A stretch of DNA of 64,000 nt, taken from assembly GCF_001447785.1 (NCBI RefSeq), contig NW_015163639.1, positions 62,001 through 126,000 on the forward strand. The letters run 5' to 3'. The notes beneath the pieces were generated by a model. The model had not been told where the DNA came from. It ran no database searches and worked only from the letters and a program-made list of their open reading frames with translations. The stretch is from Gekko japonicus (lineage: Eukaryota). A program made the position numbers and the translations under genes. Shown in pieces: positions 59,801 to 64,000 of this stretch; within the stretch, counting starts at the first letter, position 1, and the number at the start of each line of letters is the position of its first letter.

Positions 59801-60258
59801 GACTGTTCCCCAGTGATTTGGAGGTTTGGGACCAAACTGGACTTTACAGTAACGACAAATCTGGCCCATGGATGCCAGTGCCTTTTTACAGCTCAATTCA
59901 GCCCATTTAAAATCCCATGAGGGGCACCGTGTGGCAGGATCAGGCGATTTTGCCTCTCCCCATGTGTCTTTTCAAGTGCCGCAATTGAAATGCCCAGGGG
60001 TGGGGTGGGGTGGGGTGGGGTGGAGATTGCCTGCAGTTCTCGAGGCCAAATTCAGCTCCAAAACTGTCCACAGGCCTGTGCGTGTTGTAATGTCCAATTT
60101 GGCCTCTAGCTTTCTGGTATTTGTTTGTTTTAACAAATTTCATTCAGTTTTCTCCAGTGAGAGGACCTACAGCAGGTATTTCCCAACCCAGAGCTACCAA
60201 CCGTATGGGAGACGGAGGAAAAAGCTCTCTACTCACGTTCTCCACCCCATGCATAATT

Positions 60259-60613
60259 GGAGCTGCGGTGGCTCAAGTGGTTAAGACGCTGAACTGCAGG
60301 CTGTGGAAGGTCGGTAGTTCAGCAGTTCGAGACCTGGGTTGCCGCATGACGGAGTGAGCTCCTGTCTCTAGTTCCAGCTCCTGCTAACCTAGCAGTTTGA
60401 AAGCAAGAAATTGCAAGTAGATAAATAGGTACCACTTCGGTGGGAAGGTAACAGCGTTCCGTGCGCCTTTGTGTTTAGTCATGCCGGCCACGTGACCACA
60501 GAAACATCTTCGGACAGCGCTGGCTCTTCGGCTTTGAAACGGAGATGAGCACCGCAACCCTAGAGTCCGACTCGACTGGCTTTCGAGCAAGGGAACCTTT
60601 ACCTTTACTTTAC
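60259..60613 (+). mobile_element. Sauria SINE, full length
   Basis: GGAGCTGCGGTGGCTCAAGTGGTTAAG head; (ACCTTT)n tail. Confidence 0.9.
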
Positions 60614-61236
60614 CATGTCTCCCCTCAGCCATCTTTTTTCTAGACAGACAAATCCCAGCCTTTCCTCGTATGAATGACTCCCTTAATTATCTCGGCTGCC
60701 CTCTTCTGCCCCTTTTCCAGCCCTTTCCTTTCAGAGATACAGTGACCAGAATTACATGTGGGACTCCGAGTCAGGCCTCACCACAGATTTCTACAAGGGG
60801 CATGACAATATTTTCAGCTCCTTTTCAAATTAGGCACTGATCTCCAGTCAACAGAACTCGGTCCCCCTGGAGAAAATGGCTGCATTGGAGGGTGGACTCT
60901 ATGGGCATTGTACCCTGCTGAGGCCCCTCCCCTCCCCAGGCTCCACTCCCAAATCTCCATGAATTTCCCAGCCTGGAGTTGGCAACCCTGTTTCAGGATC
61001 ACCAGCATGGCAAATGCCTTCTTTGCCACTTTAAAGTTGCCAAGCCAGACGGTCAAGTTAAACAGGAAAATGCCGTGAAATAGGCTCCCGATATCGCCAA
61101 ATATAAGCTGTATGTTATGTAAAACTTAACATTTATTTCTAAATCCATCTGCTATCTTAGTTCACTATTGTTACTGCGTCATAACTTCTTATCACAAGTT
61201 TCCATAATTCCATAACAAACATACAATAGTCATAAC

Positions 61237-61443
61237 CAATGTTCCCTCTAAGTTGTGGAGTCTTGTGAGCCAAAAATTCTACTTTGTGAGCTGCTGGCAG
61301 TAAAGTTGTGAGCAGGCAATTTGGTTACTGCATAAGTCAGTTTGCCTTGAAGTCATCCTTCCTGTGCTATGACAAAAATGTGTGAGCTGGAGGCTAAAAA
61401 ACTGTGAGCCAACTCACACTAACTCAGCTTAGAGGGAACATTG
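61237..61443. mobile_element. hAT MITE family B
   Basis: TIRs present; perfect TSD GTCATAAC. Confidence 0.92.
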
Positions 61444-61795
61444 GTCATAACAGTCTTTCATCTAACTTCACGGTGATTCTTCAGCAAACATGAGGAACTG
61501 TCCAAGGACGGCTTCTCAAGGCCCGGAGTTACTTTCTTGGTTGAAGAAAGAAGGCAGCAGGCCTCCACAGCAACTTACACAGTGCAAGAACCGCTTCTCA
61601 GAGAGGACTTCTACCAACCGAAGGAAACCTTATCAGGCAGGACTCAGAGATGACTTCTACAAGCACCAAAGAGAGAACAAAGGGAGATTCTGCATGGACT
61701 TTTCCCTCCGTTGTTTCCCACGTTGGAAGAGAAATTCCCCTCTGCATTGCATGCCGCTTTCATTTTCTTTGATCATCGGGTTTTATGGTACCTTA

Positions 61796-62250
61796 CAGGG
61801 GTCGTTTCGTAGAAAAAGAGCTAGGGAACTCATTAGCATAACTCATTAGCATATGCCACACCCCCTGACATCACCGGAGGTGTGTCATAAGGCCACACCC
61901 CCTGACATCACCGGACGTGTGTCATAAGGCCACACCCCCCACCCCCAACGGTCCCGGCCGCTGCCGCCGGCCTTGCAGCTCCACTGCCGAGCCCCATGAG
62001 GGGCCCGGCGGTGAACCTGCAAGGCCGGCGGGAGTGCAAGGAAGCCCCGCGAAGGCCCTCCCTGGCCCCAGGCAGGCAGGGGTGGGGAGAGGCAGGGAGG
62101 AAGCAACTTACCCTCCCTCTTCTCCTGCCTCCTCCTGGCTGAATGAGGGCCGGAAGCGGGGCGGCCGGAAGCAGGGGGCGGGGCTTCGTCATGTGCCCCG
62201 CCCCCGTACGTCACCCGGGGGAACTGCGATCCCCCCCGAAATGACCTCTG
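61796..62250 (-). mobile_element. Family D-related hAT element with CpG-rich interior
   Basis: CAGGGGTCGTTTC / GAAATGACCTCTG termini; tandem GCCACACCCCCTGACATCACCGGA units; no matching TSD. Confidence 0.7.
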
Positions 62251-62447
62251 CTTCTGCATAGATTCATGGCTGTTCAGGGGTGACTTTGCAGTCAGTGCAG
62301 CGTTGCCCCGGGGTATTTGAATGTGGTTTTGAGCTGCACCTTTTCCTCCCAGTTGAAAAAATGTGGAGCGAATGCCAGATTCAGAATAGCCCATAGAGAG
62401 ACAATAGGATCAGTGCCCTCCTATGAATAAGAAATTTGTTTTGTCGA

Positions 62448-62975
62448 TTTATTTATTTATTTTATTATATTTATACCTCGCCCTCCCCGCCAATGGGCTC
62501 AGGGCGGCTCACATAGAGCACAAAGTGCATACAGTATACAAAAATTAAAACAGATTAAAATCGATTTCAGCGGATACACATATAAAACACCGAACATCTT
62601 GCGTAGCAGAGGGAAAGGCTAGGGTAATGGAAAGATGTTGCCCAACCCCCCGGCGGTCTCTCTCTCTAGAGGAGCGGTGGTGGAAGTGGCCGTGGCGGCT
62701 CCTACTCGTAAGCCTGGCGGAAGAGCTCTGTCTTTCAGGCCCTGCGGAACTGCGCAAGGTCCTGCAGGGCCCTGATCTCCTCCGGGAGCTCATTCCACCA
62801 GGTAGGAGCTGCCACTGAAAAAGACCTGGCCCTTGTTGCCACAAGCTTGGCCTCCTTAGGGCCCGGGGTCACCAGCCGGTGTTGTGACCCCGACCAAAGT
62901 GCTCTTTGGGGAATATATGGGGAAATGCGGCCCCTCAGGTATGTCGGACCCTGGCCATGACAGGCTTTGACAGGC
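62448..62975 (-). mobile_element. L2 LINE 3' end
   Basis: TRARSFSVAAPTWWNELPEEIR; (TAAA)n-like tail. Confidence 0.8.
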
Positions 62976-63473
62976 TTTGGAAACCTCAATGGTCAATTAA
63001 CTATCAGTGAATCATGACTGATTGGCCTCTGAAGAAGTGGATATGCCAAACAAGATAAACGTACCGGGAACTCCTCAAGAAAGAGAATCCAGTCCTTGAT
63101 AAGCCGTTCCTGGACTGTGTGAGTTGTTGTGGAGGCCTGCTGCCTTCTTTCTTCAACCAAGAAAGTAATCCCAGGCTTTGAGAAGCCGTCCTTGGACTGT
63201 TTGCGTATTGGGTGGGGCTGCTGCCTCAGTTCCTCATGTTCATTGAAGAAGAAGTTGGATGAAAGACTGTTATGACTATTGTATGGAATGATGGTGTTGG
63301 AAACTTGTGATAGGAAGCTATGACTCAGTAACAATCACAAATTGAGATAGTAGATGAATTTAGAAATAAACAAGAAGCGGGACCCGTGATACTCACAGGG
63401 GGGAGTATTCCTAAGGGCTCCCAGCCTGCAGAAGCAGCTCCGCAGGTAAGCCTCCCCCCCCCCAGCCCCCGGG

Positions 63474-63630
63474 GGCGAGGCCTGAGCCCCTCCCAGCCGC
63501 CGGGCCTGCCGATTTCCCACCCCCGGCACCAGCAGCAAGGCCTGAACACTTCCCAGCCACCGGGCCTGCTGATCTCCCCCTGGGCACCGACGGCGAGGCC
63601 TAAGCGCCTCCCAGCCGCTGGGTCTGCTGC
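63474..63630. repeat. GC-rich minisatellite, about 59 bp x 3
   Basis: AGGCCT...TCCCAGCC units at 63478, 63538 and 63596. Confidence 0.8.
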
Positions 63631-64000
63631 AGAGTTCCCAGAGCATTCTCTGCGCATGCGCAGGGGACACTCTTTTGGGGGGATTTAAATATCCCCCTTA
63701 CAGTTTTTAAAACCTTTCAGATTTTTCTGCACACCTGGGGACTGCCACAAGTGTGCAGGAAAATCTCTCTGCCCCCCAAGTGCCCCTGATGTGCGGATTT
63801 AGATATCCACATGGAGGGGGCAACTTGGCTATTAGATATATAGATATTTATTTTACATACGATTAAAAAGAGCAGCTTGTATTTGGTTGTATTGGGAGCC
63901 TATTTCATGGCATTTTCCCATTTAACTTGGCTGCTCGTGTTGTGAGCCTTTTTCATTTCCTATAGCTTCCAGGTGGTGGCCAGATATCTCCTCTTATTAC

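Noticed and set aside
61851-61940. Short direct repeats as a CRISPR-like array
   Set aside because: Vertebrate DNA; the units are tandem MITE subterminal repeats without unique spacers.
63950-64000. CYP21 exon 2 at TTCCTATAG or CTTCCAG near the window end
   Set aside because: No phase-1 reading gives a DVVVLN-like peptide.

Overview
Vertebrate genomic DNA, very likely a squamate reptile (Sauria SINEs; (CTT)n-tailed Squam3-like SINEs suggest a gecko). Four genes can be built by hand from splice signals, all on the + strand. (1) SCAN + C2H2 zinc-finger gene A (coding exons 6067-6783, 7346-7460, 9999-11330); a 118-bp tandem duplication frameshifts its last exon and uncouples 8 intact fingers from the SCAN domain. 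(2) Intact SCAN + 13-finger gene B (19984-20709, 23396-23498, 26174-27414; 689 aa). (3) Complete CENPA (42313-42457, 44610-44713, 50222-50299, 53676-53810; 153 aa) with an S-P-R-R-repeat N-tail and a CCAAT/CHR CpG-island promoter about 9.5 kb upstream. (4) Exon 1 of CYP21A2 (58029-58254). CENPA next to CYP21 marks the MHC class III region as in chicken, but here ZNF genes, not C4, lie upstream, across a 43-N gap. The rest is densely nested TE sequence: CR1, L1, L2, SINEs, solo LTRs, at least five hAT MITE families with 8-bp TSDs, and Penelope-type remnants with hammerhead-like cores. Highlights: TEs sit in CENPA splice signals, one MITE family carries a promoter-like module plus splice donor, and there is a full-length ORF1-only L1 derivative. 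All calls were made by eye with no database searches; repeat family names and repeat boundaries without a stated TSD are approximate.
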